IMG/VR virus record: IMGVR_UViG_3300012953_000016
Coordinates: 1-64,000 of that record
Source: a virus
Strand: one strand, 5' to 3'
DNA length: 64,000 nt
Shown here piece by piece: positions 29,423-40,483 of the stretch. A model generated the notes under the pieces. It was not told the origin of the DNA, made no database searches, and saw only the letters and a list, made by a program, of their open reading frames with translations. The position numbers and the translations under genes are program-made. Numbering within the stretch: position 1 is the first letter of the stretch; each line of letters opens with the position of its first letter.

Positions 29423-29911
29423 TTAGTACTGTAATACGCAGTTGTCAAAACGGATAGTCAATGAAATCTCAGTTGGATCTTCACCACCATAATCCAGGTC
29501 ACCGAATGACGCGGATGTAAGGAAGCAACCCTTGAGGTCCCAAAGCTCTACCACAGTTCCAACTGGATCCAAAAGCTTAAGTTGGCAATCACGCTTGTAG
29601 AAATCAGCATAACCTGCACGACCTGATACAGATTCGAAGTGGGTACGAACCCATTCCATAACCTGCTGTGCACCTGAAGGTGCAATCGGATCATGTAAGG
29701 TGCAACTAATTGCATCAAACTTAGTTTTACCTGCTAAGTAACGAGTGGAGTTCATATAAGAGACCTCCTGCTCAGCAGTATTAATTGTGGGGCGATTTGC
29801 AGTCTTCATTAAAAATGCATCAATACCCTCAACCGCAAAAACCCACCTAAACTTACGTTTAGGCTCAAACTTATTGGGTAGCATATCAGTGACGGAAAGT
29901 GTCTCAGCCAT
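29423..29911 (-). CDS. Tail tube protein (T4 gp19-like)
   Basis: FEPKRKFRW, L.DPI.PSGAQ.VMEW, ESVSGR.GY.DFYK, LDP.G.VVE.W.L.G; late motif at 29944-29950. Confidence 0.92.
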   Translation of the reverse strand: MAETLSVTDMLPNKFEPKRKFRWVFAVEGIDAFLMKTANRPTINTAEQEVSYMNSTRYLAGKTKFDAISCTLHDPIAPSGAQQVMEWVRTHFESVSGRAGYADFYKRDCQLKLLDPVGTVVELWDLKGCFLTSASFGDLDYGGEDPTEISLTIRFDNCVLQY

Positions 29912-29965
29912 GTCTTTTAACTCCTATCAAAAAGATTCTATTCTAAATATTCTGCTGCTACAGAA

Positions 29966-32900
29966 TTATACTTCCATACCGGCGTTTGTAACAACAAAAT
30001 CAAGAGAGATGAATTCAACAGTCCTTGTGGGCTGGAGGAATATCTTACCTCTAACAGTATTGTTCTCAATATCCGCCTGTGTGGTAGTAGTAGTGTCAAT
30101 TACAACTTTAAACTTATCAAGCCCTTGCTGCTGTTGGATTCTTTGCAGGATCGGATTAACAGCCGCAGAGAAGCGCCCTAATGTTTCTTCCCTATTAGGT
30201 TCGAACAATAGATTGTTTCCAGCTTTACGAACTTCACGACGAATTTCAATAAGAAGTCGTCTAACATTAACTCTGTCTAAAGCAGATTGTGCCTGCTGTA
30301 GTGTCTTCTGGCCCCATACAACAACTCCAGGAGTGTGCGGGAAGGCAGCCAGAGGATTCACATCAGACTCATATAAGGTATCAAGGTTCCTACGGCTTAA
30401 TTTAACCTGTGTTTCAACAACAGATTTAAGTGCGCCTCGGGAGAACCCTGCCGGTGCAAACCATGGGTGAGCAATTGAGTCATTCAAGGAGAATGCGCCA
30501 AGTACTGCGACTGATGGTGGGCACTGTACATTTATACCTAATGCAGGATCGGTGATTACAACATCTGGGAAGTAGGCTGCTGCGAAAGATGAGTCGAGAT
30601 TTCTACCTGCAAGTTCCTCAACTGTTAGACTAACGCTTGGCTTCTGTAATGAATAATCAATCATTAGATCATTATTCACTGCCTTCTCTTCGATATCCAT
30701 AATATACATTGCGTCGAATCGATCTTCTACAGCATCGATCGCATAATCTGTAATTGCTTCTTCTCTCATGCCCGGGACGGCAAGTAGCTTAATGTCAACG
30801 TCAGCCTTCTCAGCCATGACATCTACTGCTTTTCTAAATGCAGCAACTGTGCTACCTTCAACGCCACCCTGGTCTGCATCATCCATTTCCCAAACAGCAG
30901 CTCTATTTGAAAGTGACCGCTTCTCTTTATTGAAGGTATTTGTTCCATCAAATCCTCCCTGTAAGAAGAATGAGAACTTCATGAATCTTCTGGTAGAAGA
31001 ATCAGCCATGTCAGTTTGTGGATCAAGGAACCTTGCACTAACTGTGGGTGTACCTGAAATTAAGCCATCATCCGTAACGTCACCGGATGGTACCAGCGAT
31101 ACTAAGGACGAAGATGAATCAAATACATTTAAGCCTTCTAGCGTTGTAACATCTAAGTTTAGCTTCCCATCCCTACGATACTCAGCAACGGCCCATTGTT
31201 TATGATCAACCTTACCGGAAACGTTTGGATTCTTTGAGCTTACAACAGTTGGACGTTTCGAAACAATTTGGATTCTCTCAAGTGAGAAAAAGTTGTTGTT
31301 GAATCTATCGCTGTCTTGTACTGAGGTACCGTCTGCGATGTCTTTTACGCCGGCGTTATCACCTACAGAAACATCTGGTTGCGAGCTGGTTGAATTCTTC
31401 CGAAGGGTTGGGAAATATTTTCCATGTGATAAAATAGAATCATTAAACTTAACGTTTTTATTAGGTTCATCATTATCATCAACAACCTGGAAGTGTGTAC
31501 CCCAGCAAAGTTGGGCCGAGGCTCTTTTCTTAGGCCCGGTACCCGTAGCAATTGTGCTTCTCATTGGTACTGGAGGCTCGACTGCATCATTTAAGATTGA
31601 GTCCTGCGCGGGATTGCTAAGGGAATCAATAGCACTAAGTCCGTCTTGTAAGAATCGTAATCCACCAGGTCCTGGTTGTCTTGCATCTGTGTTTAAGTGG
31701 TGATATCCACGGTAGCCCATTGGAAGTGCATCACTTGGCACCCCACCTGAGTCTACTCGAGGATCCATCTCTACGCGAATGAATTTTGAACGTGCGGGGT
31801 GGATGCCGTCAACAACAAGCTTTTGAGACCCAGGCCTTTTATCAAAATCATAATACATGTATTGATCACCAATAACTCTGGCGATATATCTGTCAGATTG
31901 TGGGTTCAAGTCTAGACCGAGGAACTTTTCATATACTCGAGGTGTATTGTCATCATCGGCAATGTCTCGAACATGTACATCAAAGGTCCCATGACCTCCT
32001 GAGGAACTCATTAAAACATTTGCAATGGTAATCTTAAACTTACCGGACCCTGCCATCCCATCATCAAGTGCGTGGAGGCGGAAGAGGTTCTTTGGTTTTG
32101 CACCATAAACTTGTGAAACTACCCATGGAGATTTTGCAGTGCGGAATCTGTCCCTGAAGTCTTCAAAGCATGGTTCATCGCCAAGCCCTGTGACATCGCT
32201 TGTTTTTCCATGGATCAAGAATACTGCAGCCGCTTGATCTGTTCCACCCATTGCTGCATGATTATCTTCTATCTCATGGCCAGAAACTCGAGCTGCATCG
32301 TTATATACATTATAGTGTGCATATACGTAGTGGCCGGCCTTCTCCGCACAAGCTGAATCATGATTTAGAATGTTCATGAAGTAATCTGGTGCTTGTGGAT
32401 CTAGGCTACATGTAATACTGCTTGGATATTCATCCGAATCAATATGACCGTTTAATAATAGGGTAAATCTTTCTTGTGATTTGTCTAGACCAGTTACCAA
32501 CCCTAGTTCACCACCCTGTGCGTTTGCTCCGCCGGCGGTGACGTGCGCGGCAAGTGGTGCGGACGGTGTTAATCCGGCATTGTCATCTGCATGACATACA
32601 AGCGATGCATGGACACCCTGGGGTGTCATAAGGACCGCTCTAATAATTGGTACCGCTCTATCAAGTGGAGCCAGACCAGAATCCGAGGTCACTGCAGAGG
32701 TGTTTATCCCTGCATCAAGCCAGTGCTTATGAGAAACATCACCCTCAGTTGAGTCTCCGCCACCAGAGAAATTTAGTACCGAACCTGTAAGCCCTGCCAC
32801 ATCTGTTCCGGGTGCGCCACCATCATCAGATGAATCATCATCAAAAGCCACTGCAGCAGTACCTGCTTCAACAGCAGTAGCAACTAAATCTGAGTCCCCA

Positions 32901-34915
32901 AGATTTGTACCCACTGTATCAGCAGGGGCAGTAGCGATACCTAAACTAAGATAATCAATTGTAACAGTAGCTGTGTCTATAGATGTGGTTACCTCTAGTG
33001 AGCTAGCTGCGATAAGAGCTTCAATCCTAGTTGCCATCTGAGCCTCTGTCTGAGCAGTAACACCACCCGAGAAGTTTACAGAACCATTTAGTGAGAAGTC
33101 ATCTAGATCTTCAAAGTTTGTACCCACTGGAGTATTACCGCCAGAACCAGCGGTTCCTTGAGTAAGATCAACATTAGTACCATTTACTGCGGCACTGATA
33201 TCGATTGCAGAAGCATTGATACATGTTACTAAGTCTTGGGCTGCACTAACTCCAGCAGCGGAATTAATATTCAACGTACATGTGAAGTTTGGTGATATCC
33301 CTCCCGCTACCTCAACAGGATCTCCTGGGAGGCCAGCAAGGGCGGTGATTGTAAGGGTATCTCCGGCTGTGTCCGTAATCGTAACAGTATCAGGGTTATT
33401 GGCTAAAATTGATGCGGGTGCACCATCTGTTATAATAGTTGCTGTTGCTACAGCATCCTCAGCACAACTTACCTCATTGGCACCTGGGGTCTCATCCTTC
33501 GTGAAAACAATTACTAGACTATTTCCAGCAAGATCAGTAACCGTAAATGACTCTGCAGCTGCAAAGGATGTGGCTGGGTTTGCAACTTCAATCGTGTGCT
33601 GTGCATGGCTTCCGCCTGAAGCAAGAGCACCTGTTTCGCCAAAATTTCCTGCAATACCATCCTTATCTTGTGTTATAACAAGGTCATCGCCATCTGCAGA
33701 AAGTGTAACCCCTACGCTCATAGCAGGAACTGCTGCAGCTGATGCTGCAACTACTCTTTCAGCTAATTCGCTTGCAGTAAATTCAGCACCACCCCAGCCA
33801 GATAAATTTTCTCTAATATCTGTATCTGCTGCGTCTAACAAGAGAAGGTGGCCGCCGATGAATGCGCCGCCATCTGGTTCATCAGATGGATTCCCGAATA
33901 CATCAGTTGTCAAGTTAACATCTGCACCAACTGCCACAGCAGTTATTTGGATTGGGGATGCGGTAATAGAAGCTGCAATCTGTATTGCAATATTTTCCGC
34001 AGTATCAGGTGCGCCGGCGCCATTATCAATATCAACCACTGTAGGGGATGTGAAGTCGCCAACAGCTCCGCCGCCTAATTGAAATTGGGCTTGCCATTGC
34101 CTGGTATCAGTAACTGCAGGATCTGGATCTATATCAACATCTGTTAGTTCAACATAGAGACCCTCCATGGTGTTGTTATCAACACGTAAGACCGCGTTAC
34201 CACGTGAACCGACAGAAACAAAGATGTTTTTTGCATCTTCAAAATCGTTTAGGTCATTCGTAAGTGCTGGTTGACCGGCTGATGTTAGGTTATCCGGGCC
34301 TTCATGGAACCAAATTGTTCCTAGACCCCCATCGGAATCGGTTATCGTAATTGCAAAACCTTTCTCATCTTGAGCAACTAGTTCTGCAGGTACAAATGAG
34401 GTTGGATCAAATGTTAACCTAGCAACAGCAGCTGCCTCGCCATCAGATGCATAATTTTCCCTCATCATTGCGCCGAGGAAGAATGTTCGGCCAGCACAAG
34501 GCTGGTCACCGGCATCGTCATATGCATATGGGTTGATCCCTAATTGCCCGCCACCTGGATTGTCAGTATCCTGAGGTAGCTCTGTACCAACAACGAATCC
34601 CGCGTTCGTAACCGCACCGGTGCTGGAATCTCTCTTCGCTGCATCACCGACCCCGAGTACTCGGACGTATGTACCAGCTCGAGCATTTTTCATCCACTCG
34701 TTCATAGCAAGAGGACCGAACTTCTTTCCGTCGGTACCTCCGAATTCTGCCACAAAATCTTTCCATGTGGCAACAGTAACAGGGACAAATGCTGGTCCCT
34801 TTTGGGCGGTACCAATGACCCCTGCCGGTACCCCTTGTGGCTTAATAGCCGTAGGTCCGCTTAAGTCTATTTCTCTGGTACTTACCCCAGCACTCTTAAA
34901 TGTAAGTTCAGCCAT
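29966..34915 (-). CDS. Tail sheath protein 2 (gp18-like, large acidic insertions)
   Basis: SAGVSTREID, KGPAFVP, PWFAPAGFSRG, VVWGQKTL, LDRVNVRRLL, LQPTRTVEFISLDF; late motif at 34954-34960. Confidence 0.92.
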   Translation of the reverse strand: MAELTFKSAGVSTREIDLSGPTAIKPQGVPAGVIGTAQKGPAFVPVTVATWKDFVAEFGGTDGKKFGPLAMNEWMKNARAGTYVRVLGVGDAAKRDSSTGAVTNAGFVVGTELPQDTDNPGGGQLGINPYAYDDAGDQPCAGRTFFLGAMMRENYASDGEAAAVARLTFDPTSFVPAELVAQDEKGFAITITDSDGGLGTIWFHEGPDNLTSAGQPALTNDLNDFEDAKNIFVSVGSRGNAVLRVDNNTMEGLYVELTDVDIDPDPAVTDTRQWQAQFQLGGGAVGDFTSPTVVDIDNGAGAPDTAENIAIQIAASITASPIQITAVAVGADVNLTTDVFGNPSDEPDGGAFIGGHLLLLDAADTDIRENLSGWGGAEFTASELAERVVAASAAAVPAMSVGVTLSADGDDLVITQDKDGIAGNFGETGALASGGSHAQHTIEVANPATSFAAAESFTVTDLAGNSLVIVFTKDETPGANEVSCAEDAVATATIITDGAPASILANNPDTVTITDTAGDTLTITALAGLPGDPVEVAGGISPNFTCTLNINSAAGVSAAQDLVTCINASAIDISAAVNGTNVDLTQGTAGSGGNTPVGTNFEDLDDFSLNGSVNFSGGVTAQTEAQMATRIEALIAASSLEVTTSIDTATVTIDYLSLGIATAPADTVGTNLGDSDLVATAVEAGTAAVAFDDDSSDDGGAPGTDVAGLTGSVLNFSGGGDSTEGDVSHKHWLDAGINTSAVTSDSGLAPLDRAVPIIRAVLMTPQGVHASLVCHADDNAGLTPSAPLAAHVTAGGANAQGGELGLVTGLDKSQERFTLLLNGHIDSDEYPSSITCSLDPQAPDYFMNILNHDSACAEKAGHYVYAHYNVYNDAARVSGHEIEDNHAAMGGTDQAAAVFLIHGKTSDVTGLGDEPCFEDFRDRFRTAKSPWVVSQVYGAKPKNLFRLHALDDGMAGSGKFKITIANVLMSSSGGHGTFDVHVRDIADDDNTPRVYEKFLGLDLNPQSDRYIARVIGDQYMYYDFDKRPGSQKLVVDGIHPARSKFIRVEMDPRVDSGGVPSDALPMGYRGYHHLNTDARQPGPGGLRFLQDGLSAIDSLSNPAQDSILNDAVEPPVPMRSTIATGTGPKKRASAQLCWGTHFQVVDDNDEPNKNVKFNDSILSHGKYFPTLRKNSTSSQPDVSVGDNAGVKDIADGTSVQDSDRFNNNFFSLERIQIVSKRPTVVSSKNPNVSGKVDHKQWAVAEYRRDGKLNLDVTTLEGLNVFDSSSSLVSLVPSGDVTDDGLISGTPTVSARFLDPQTDMADSSTRRFMKFSFFLQGGFDGTNTFNKEKRSLSNRAAVWEMDDADQGGVEGSTVAAFRKAVDVMAEKADVDIKLLAVPGMREEAITDYAIDAVEDRFDAMYIMDIEEKAVNNDLMIDYSLQKPSVSLTVEELAGRNLDSSFAAAYFPDVVITDPALGINVQCPPSVAVLGAFSLNDSIAHPWFAPAGFSRGALKSVVETQVKLSRRNLDTLYESDVNPLAAFPHTPGVVVWGQKTLQQAQSALDRVNVRRLLIEIRREVRKAGNNLLFEPNREETLGRFSAAVNPILQRIQQQQGLDKFKVVIDTTTTTQADIENNTVRGKIFLQPTRTVEFISLDFVVTNAGMEV

Positions 34916-34963
34916 TGTGTTTTGCTCCTACCTGTTCAAAAACTTGTCTATTATAGGTATTCA

Positions 34964-37900
34964 TTACTCGAACATTACGCCGCTTCTAGTGATGATAAAG
35001 TCAATTGCAATGAACTCGATTGCTCGAGTCGGTACAACGACGATCCTACCATTTAGCCTGTTGCTTTCGTAATCCTCTATTGTGTTATTTGTATCGTCCA
35101 TGACAACTTGGAATGATTCAATACCTGCCTGAGCCTGTACCAACGCGAGAAGCGGGGTAACAGAACCAACGAACCGAGCCCTTGTTTGTGGGGTATTAGG
35201 TTCGAACAGAATATTGTTAGCAACGCTTACAACCAGTCTCTTAACTTCAAGAAGCATTCTGCGTACGTTCACTCTATCAAGTGCAGATTTTTGCATCTGC
35301 AATGTCTTTTGTCCAAAGATAACGAAACCGGCATTTGGGAATACAGCTATAGGATTAATTCTAGAATCGTATAGTGTATCTCTATCACCAGCTGTTAGCC
35401 TTGTTGTTACGTTAGAAACCATTTCTAATGCACCTCGATTAAAACCTGCTGGTGCGAACCAGGGGTAAGCAACCTTGTCATTAAATGCCAGGGAAGCGAG
35501 GGCTGCAATAGATGCAGGAACTCTAACTTTAAGATTATTAATTGGATCATCAATCCAAACATCCGGGAAGTATGTTGCGCAATAGTTGTTGTCAAACGCT
35601 CTATTCTCAAATGTCTCAGCAGTATACTGTACATCTGCTTTCTTGGAATCCTGTAAAGGCTCACCCAAGAAGAGGCGACCTTGATTTTCATCATAATAAG
35701 GAATATCCATTAAGTAAATTGCTTTTGAATATGCCTTCGTTCGCTCAGCAGCTAAATCAGTTACAAATTGATCTCTAATTCCTGGAATACAAAGGATGTT
35801 TGTATTTACAGTCATCGTGTCCGTCATCATTTCTACTGCGGCACGATAAGATGCAATAACATTATTTCTCTTGCCAGACCCATTAGTGTTTGATACTTCA
35901 TTATCACCGGTACTGTTGGTACCTGCTGGTGCATCAGAGAAGTGGATTAGCCCATCATCGGTCCAGCCTTCAGTTGCCTTTCCAACAACATCGCCTGAAG
36001 TTGAAACGTTATCTTGATCTCCAGACTCGGTAGAGCTAGCTCTATCATTCATTAATGCAACATCAGGATCTAGTATGTTCAGCCCATCGAAGCCACCATA
36101 AAACACAGTTGAGAATTTTGCCCAGCTGCTGAATCGGTTAAAAGCAACCTTATCATTTTGAAGTAATGATGCCAGGGTAAGACGTCCGGGTGCACCCAAT
36201 AATGCGTCTTCAATTGTATAATCAGATTCATCAAGAGTACCATCTCTCATATAAGCAGCTGATCTCATGTGGATGCTGGCTGGCTCAGTAACATTTTCGC
36301 TAATGCTTTGTGCAACTGAATGTTGATCATGTTGTTCAAGCAATGCAACCTTTGCTAGTGAGAATTTGTTGTTTCCTAGCTCGTCTGCGTCAGCCCCAGT
36401 TACCACTGTACCAAGCTCAGAAATTCCTTGGAACTTCGTGTATGCTTTAACAAGTGGATTCGGTGAGGAAGAAACATTAGTATTTAACACTGCTGCCGAT
36501 CCGGACTCACCTTCATTAGGACATCTTTCAAACTTAACTCCCCAGTAGAATCTCGAATCAGCTCTCTCATTCGCACCTAAGTGACCAACATAATCCTGGT
36601 CGCCTGGAATCAAAGGATCCACACCAGCAGAAATGTTTCCGCGGGAGCACTTAAACCTGAAGGGAAGGGGAGGTACTAACGACTGGACCGGAGCACCAGC
36701 TGTAATAAGGGTGGTACCATTCCAGAACTGTAGTCTGCTACCATCGGAACCATCTACTAATCCTTCGTTCATATTTACGACTGGTATACCCTTAAATCCA
36801 AATGGCAGCATGTCTTTCGGGATGCATGAATCTCGCCCATCGATTAGGGGGTTCATCACTACCCTTGCGACCGCACTGCGGTTAGGATACTTTCCAGATA
36901 TTACTAATCTGCGTTCATCAGCATCATCAGCATCAAAATCAAAAGATACGTTATAGTCACCAATTTGACGTGCAACATAACGATCACTATCTGGATCTAG
37001 GTTACAGTCAGGGTATGCTTCAATAACTTCCTTATCTAAGTCAGTATCGCCGAATCTACGAATTTGAACTTCGAAAGTTCCATATTCATAGCTGGGATCT
37101 GTACTGGCTCTTAAGTTAGCAATCGATACCTTGAACCTGCTGTTAGGGTAACTACCATCATCTAACGCCTCAAGGCGGAATAGATCATACTCTGTGGCGC
37201 CATAAGGTTGTGAAATTATCATAGGCGTAGTTGCAGTCTTATATCTAGTGTCGAAACGACCAAATAATTGAGACCAATGTGCCTGCAAGTCAGACTCACC
37301 ATCTTCTGTTGTACCGCCACCAAGGGCAGCGGCAACATCGGCATCATCGGTTACGGCCTGGCGACCTCTGCATAATGTTATACTGTCAGCTAGCGCAACA
37401 GGGGTTGAGTCAAGAATAACATCACCGCCATCATCATCACCATCAGTACTAAACGTTCGGCCTGCCATGGCAATTTCATCTTCAACAGCATAATCACACC
37501 ATAGAACATGTTCATATTCCTGGAAACGTGATGGGTCTGTGTTTAAGATCTTTCCAATATATGCAGGTGAGGTTGGGTTTAACGAGGCGGAGAGGATTCT
37601 TAATCCTTCAAAATTGTCGTCAAGTCCAAAATTTTCACCAGCAGATGAAGAAATGATAAGCTTAAAAATACCATCATCATCTGGAGTGATCTGTTGATCA
37701 CCCACAGTCGTTATGTGGGTGACTGGATCATCACCTGTAATAATAATCCTAGAGCCGGATGCAACCATAATACTTGCGCGAAGCAAGTTGACTGTACCTA
37801 AAACGTTAGGTGTTCCACCATCACTATCATGATCCCAGTCCGAAGGGTCAAAAGAATCATTATCAGTAAAGATTGGGAATCCTTCTGCCTCTCTTGGTCG

Positions 37901-38362
37901 TACAGTGTGGCGTGCAACTAAGAATTGAATACCACCTTGTAAATCGTCATCGGTATCTTCGCCCCCAGGTAAACTGGCGACTGCAACACCTTCGATGTTA
38001 ACATCAATACCATCATTAACCTGTACAGAAAAGCCGGCGTTCTTTACGATGCCGTAGCTCTCAGTATTGCTAATCTCAGTCCCTGATTCATTTGATCCAG
38101 CGCCTAAAACACGCATGTAGGTAACGGCCTTACGGTGCTTCAGAAATTCTCTGACAGCATAAGGTCCGAAACGGTCTGGATCAAGACCACCAAATTTTGT
38201 TTCAAAGTCCGCAAAAGATCCTACAGTCACTGGTACAAAGGCAGGCCCTCTTGTTGCAGTCCCGATAATTCCTGCAGGGGTGCCAGTTGGCGATTGTTTT
38301 CTCGCGGATAAGTCTATTTCCTGTTCAAAAAATCCAGGTGATCGGAATGTCTGTTCGGCCAT
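34964..38362 (-). CDS. Tail sheath protein 1 (gp18-like)
   Basis: SPGFFEQEID, RGPAFVP, PWFAPAGFNRG, IFGQKTL, LDRVNVRRML, PTRAIEFIAIDF; late motif at 38398-38404. Confidence 0.92.
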   Translation of the reverse strand: MAEQTFRSPGFFEQEIDLSARKQSPTGTPAGIIGTATRGPAFVPVTVGSFADFETKFGGLDPDRFGPYAVREFLKHRKAVTYMRVLGAGSNESGTEISNTESYGIVKNAGFSVQVNDGIDVNIEGVAVASLPGGEDTDDDLQGGIQFLVARHTVRPREAEGFPIFTDNDSFDPSDWDHDSDGGTPNVLGTVNLLRASIMVASGSRIIITGDDPVTHITTVGDQQITPDDDGIFKLIISSSAGENFGLDDNFEGLRILSASLNPTSPAYIGKILNTDPSRFQEYEHVLWCDYAVEDEIAMAGRTFSTDGDDDGGDVILDSTPVALADSITLCRGRQAVTDDADVAAALGGGTTEDGESDLQAHWSQLFGRFDTRYKTATTPMIISQPYGATEYDLFRLEALDDGSYPNSRFKVSIANLRASTDPSYEYGTFEVQIRRFGDTDLDKEVIEAYPDCNLDPDSDRYVARQIGDYNVSFDFDADDADERRLVISGKYPNRSAVARVVMNPLIDGRDSCIPKDMLPFGFKGIPVVNMNEGLVDGSDGSRLQFWNGTTLITAGAPVQSLVPPLPFRFKCSRGNISAGVDPLIPGDQDYVGHLGANERADSRFYWGVKFERCPNEGESGSAAVLNTNVSSSPNPLVKAYTKFQGISELGTVVTGADADELGNNKFSLAKVALLEQHDQHSVAQSISENVTEPASIHMRSAAYMRDGTLDESDYTIEDALLGAPGRLTLASLLQNDKVAFNRFSSWAKFSTVFYGGFDGLNILDPDVALMNDRASSTESGDQDNVSTSGDVVGKATEGWTDDGLIHFSDAPAGTNSTGDNEVSNTNGSGKRNNVIASYRAAVEMMTDTMTVNTNILCIPGIRDQFVTDLAAERTKAYSKAIYLMDIPYYDENQGRLFLGEPLQDSKKADVQYTAETFENRAFDNNYCATYFPDVWIDDPINNLKVRVPASIAALASLAFNDKVAYPWFAPAGFNRGALEMVSNVTTRLTAGDRDTLYDSRINPIAVFPNAGFVIFGQKTLQMQKSALDRVNVRRMLLEVKRLVVSVANNILFEPNTPQTRARFVGSVTPLLALVQAQAGIESFQVVMDDTNNTIEDYESNRLNGRIVVVPTRAIEFIAIDFIITRSGVMFE

Positions 38363-38447
38363 TAGAAGATTCTCCTTGGACTTGTGTCACTCTTTACTAA
38401 GTATTGGGTACGAAACCAAACTTCTTGATTATCACGTGCTCGTAGCA

Positions 38448-39800
38448 TTAAATTTCCCCTAAGTCTTTGGTAAGGCCCTCTCGATAGACGGTCTCACCTT
38501 TTCTTTGATTTCTAGATTTAACTCTCACAACTTTTGTTACCTTCTTTCCAGTAAATGGATCATACGAAATTCGTAGCATTTGTTGGGCTCCCCCACTTGC
38601 AGAAAAACCCCCGATAGCAGCTTCAATTTTTTCTGGAGGGGCAGCCCCTCTTTTTGAATTCATGCTGCTTGGCCTGTTGTCAACTGCAGCCACTGAGGCT
38701 CCTGGCTGATCAACACCGGCTATTCTGAGTGTTGATGCCACCCCATCGGCTCCTATCGCTTGACCGGGTAAAGGTTCATCTGCTAATGCAAAATCATTTA
38801 ATATATATGAATTCACATCCGAAGATGCCACTCCACCTTGCACTGGATCTACAGGAACTCCAGAAGTTTGTGTCGACGCAAAGGCAATCTCAGGCGCAGA
38901 AACATACTTTCGGAGAGCATTGGATGAACCTGGAAAATCTGGTACTACCAAATAACCAGGTACTTTAATATTGAAACTAAGTTTAACTAGTCTCTCTTCG
39001 TCTGTGAAGTCATCATAGTTTGTCCCCGGTGTAATTGCAGAATCAACTGTTGCAACAAACCAATATCCTTTATCAGTCTCAATCCTAAATTGGCGAGCAT
39101 GATTGTTATGGTAGGATGACAACAAGGCAGATAACATATCATTTATCTGTTGCGTATACTGGGCCCAAAATGTGACTTCATAGTTGCTAGTAAAAAACTT
39201 GACTGGGGGCATTTCAATTATTTCAAATATATTTGCACCTAGTTTCGCTTTTACATGCATACCAGATCTAGTGTCTTCGTCTGGCAATTGATCAACCCGA
39301 CGGGTTGCTAATGTTCCATCGTTAGTACCTTCACCTTCGCCGTCAGCAAGATGACTTGGGTGATCTGCACTATCTTGAAATTTTAATTTTCTCTTATTTA
39401 ATAATCGCTGGTATTTTGGGTCGTCCTTGCTTAGTTTTTTCTTTATAACAGCCGGGCCACCCTGGCCTGGACCCATACCCATGTCTGGCGATTGATTAAT
39501 CTCTGTTCTCATAATTGAGACTAGCGGAAGTATTAAAGCACCCGATTTATCGCGTAATGGCTTCTTTCTCCGAAGCACTGCAAAACGCTCACCGGTTGCA
39601 AAAATAACTGGAATTCTATTTATATTGTTTTCAAACTCATAAAATAATGGTATATCACTATTAAATAAGTTAAAGAGGGCCCTATCAACATCCTCTATAG
39701 TACAGGATGGTAAGAATTCGTCGACAGCAACATTCTGCCCTTCAAATCCAAGGCCCTTTGAAACCTTATCTGCTTTTACTTTATCATATCTAGTTGACAT
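38448..39800 (-). CDS. Tail terminator/completion protein (gp15-like)
   Basis: IEDVD.A...F, IPVIFA..ERF, G.LILPL.SI.R; position between neck and sheath genes. Confidence 0.7.
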   Translation of the reverse strand: MSTRYDKVKADKVSKGLGFEGQNVAVDEFLPSCTIEDVDRALFNLFNSDIPLFYEFENNINRIPVIFATGERFAVLRRKKPLRDKSGALILPLVSIMRTEINQSPDMGMGPGQGGPAVIKKKLSKDDPKYQRLLNKRKLKFQDSADHPSHLADGEGEGTNDGTLATRRVDQLPDEDTRSGMHVKAKLGANIFEIIEMPPVKFFTSNYEVTFWAQYTQQINDMLSALLSSYHNNHARQFRIETDKGYWFVATVDSAITPGTNYDDFTDEERLVKLSFNIKVPGYLVVPDFPGSSNALRKYVSAPEIAFASTQTSGVPVDPVQGGVASSDVNSYILNDFALADEPLPGQAIGADGVASTLRIAGVDQPGASVAAVDNRPSSMNSKRGAAPPEKIEAAIGGFSASGGAQQMLRISYDPFTGKKVTKVVRVKSRNQRKGETVYREGLTKDLGEI

Positions 39801-39807
39801 AGTTCAC

Positions 39808-40473
39808 CTATTCGTCTCCGTAGAATGCAGAATCAGTTGTGGCTGTTGTGCCTTTGGAGGATACCTCCTGTGGGCCGTCGAGTGGTGCGTCAAGTTTGCC
39901 ATCCTCTTGAAGCTGGCGTTTATCCCCAGTCTTCCCTAAGCTATTCTCCTCTGCACCTCGTTGCTGAACGAACGTTTCTTGTACAGCATCTTGCTCATCG
40001 ATCGTTTCAGACGTTGGGCCTAAAGGTTGTACATTGATTTGCCCTTTACGAGCTTGCTTACCAGTTAGCTTATATCCTGTCTGGTGTTCAACCTGACCAT
40101 AGACATTTTTATCAGCGATAACGGACGTTATTTCAAAGAATAATTGTCCGAAACTGAAGTAATCACCGCTTTGTACTTTAAAGTCCTTATCTAATAGATC
40201 ACGTGCGTGAAGGTAGACTTCAATCGTCGCAATCTCTTCAGAACCGAACCTTGTAGTCTTAAACGTTTCAGGTTGCCATTCAACCAAAGCGTCTAGCTCA
40301 ACAGGGGGATTGAATACTTTTTCCGGGGCTTCCTCATATACATCATGTACGCTAGTTAGATCTTCGCGTATTTTATAATAGAAAATCTTTTGCCCTATTA
40401 CATCCTTCGTGATCTCTTTAGTTAGATCGGATATATAGTCAATCTCTCTCGGTGTTACAAAAAGTCGTGCCAT
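39808..40473 (-). CDS. Head closure/neck protein (gp14-like)
   Basis: E...D.IGQ.I.YY, VYEEA..K.F..PV...ALV, GD.F.FG...FEI. Confidence 0.7.
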   Translation of the reverse strand: MARLFVTPREIDYISDLTKEITKDVIGQKIFYYKIREDLTSVHDVYEEAPEKVFNPPVELDALVEWQPETFKTTRFGSEEIATIEVYLHARDLLDKDFKVQSGDYFSFGQLFFEITSVIADKNVYGQVEHQTGYKLTGKQARKGQINVQPLGPTSETIDEQDAVQETFVQQRGAEENSLGKTGDKRQLQEDGKLDAPLDGPQEVSSKGTTATTDSAFYGDE

Positions 40474-40483
40474 CTTCTAATTC

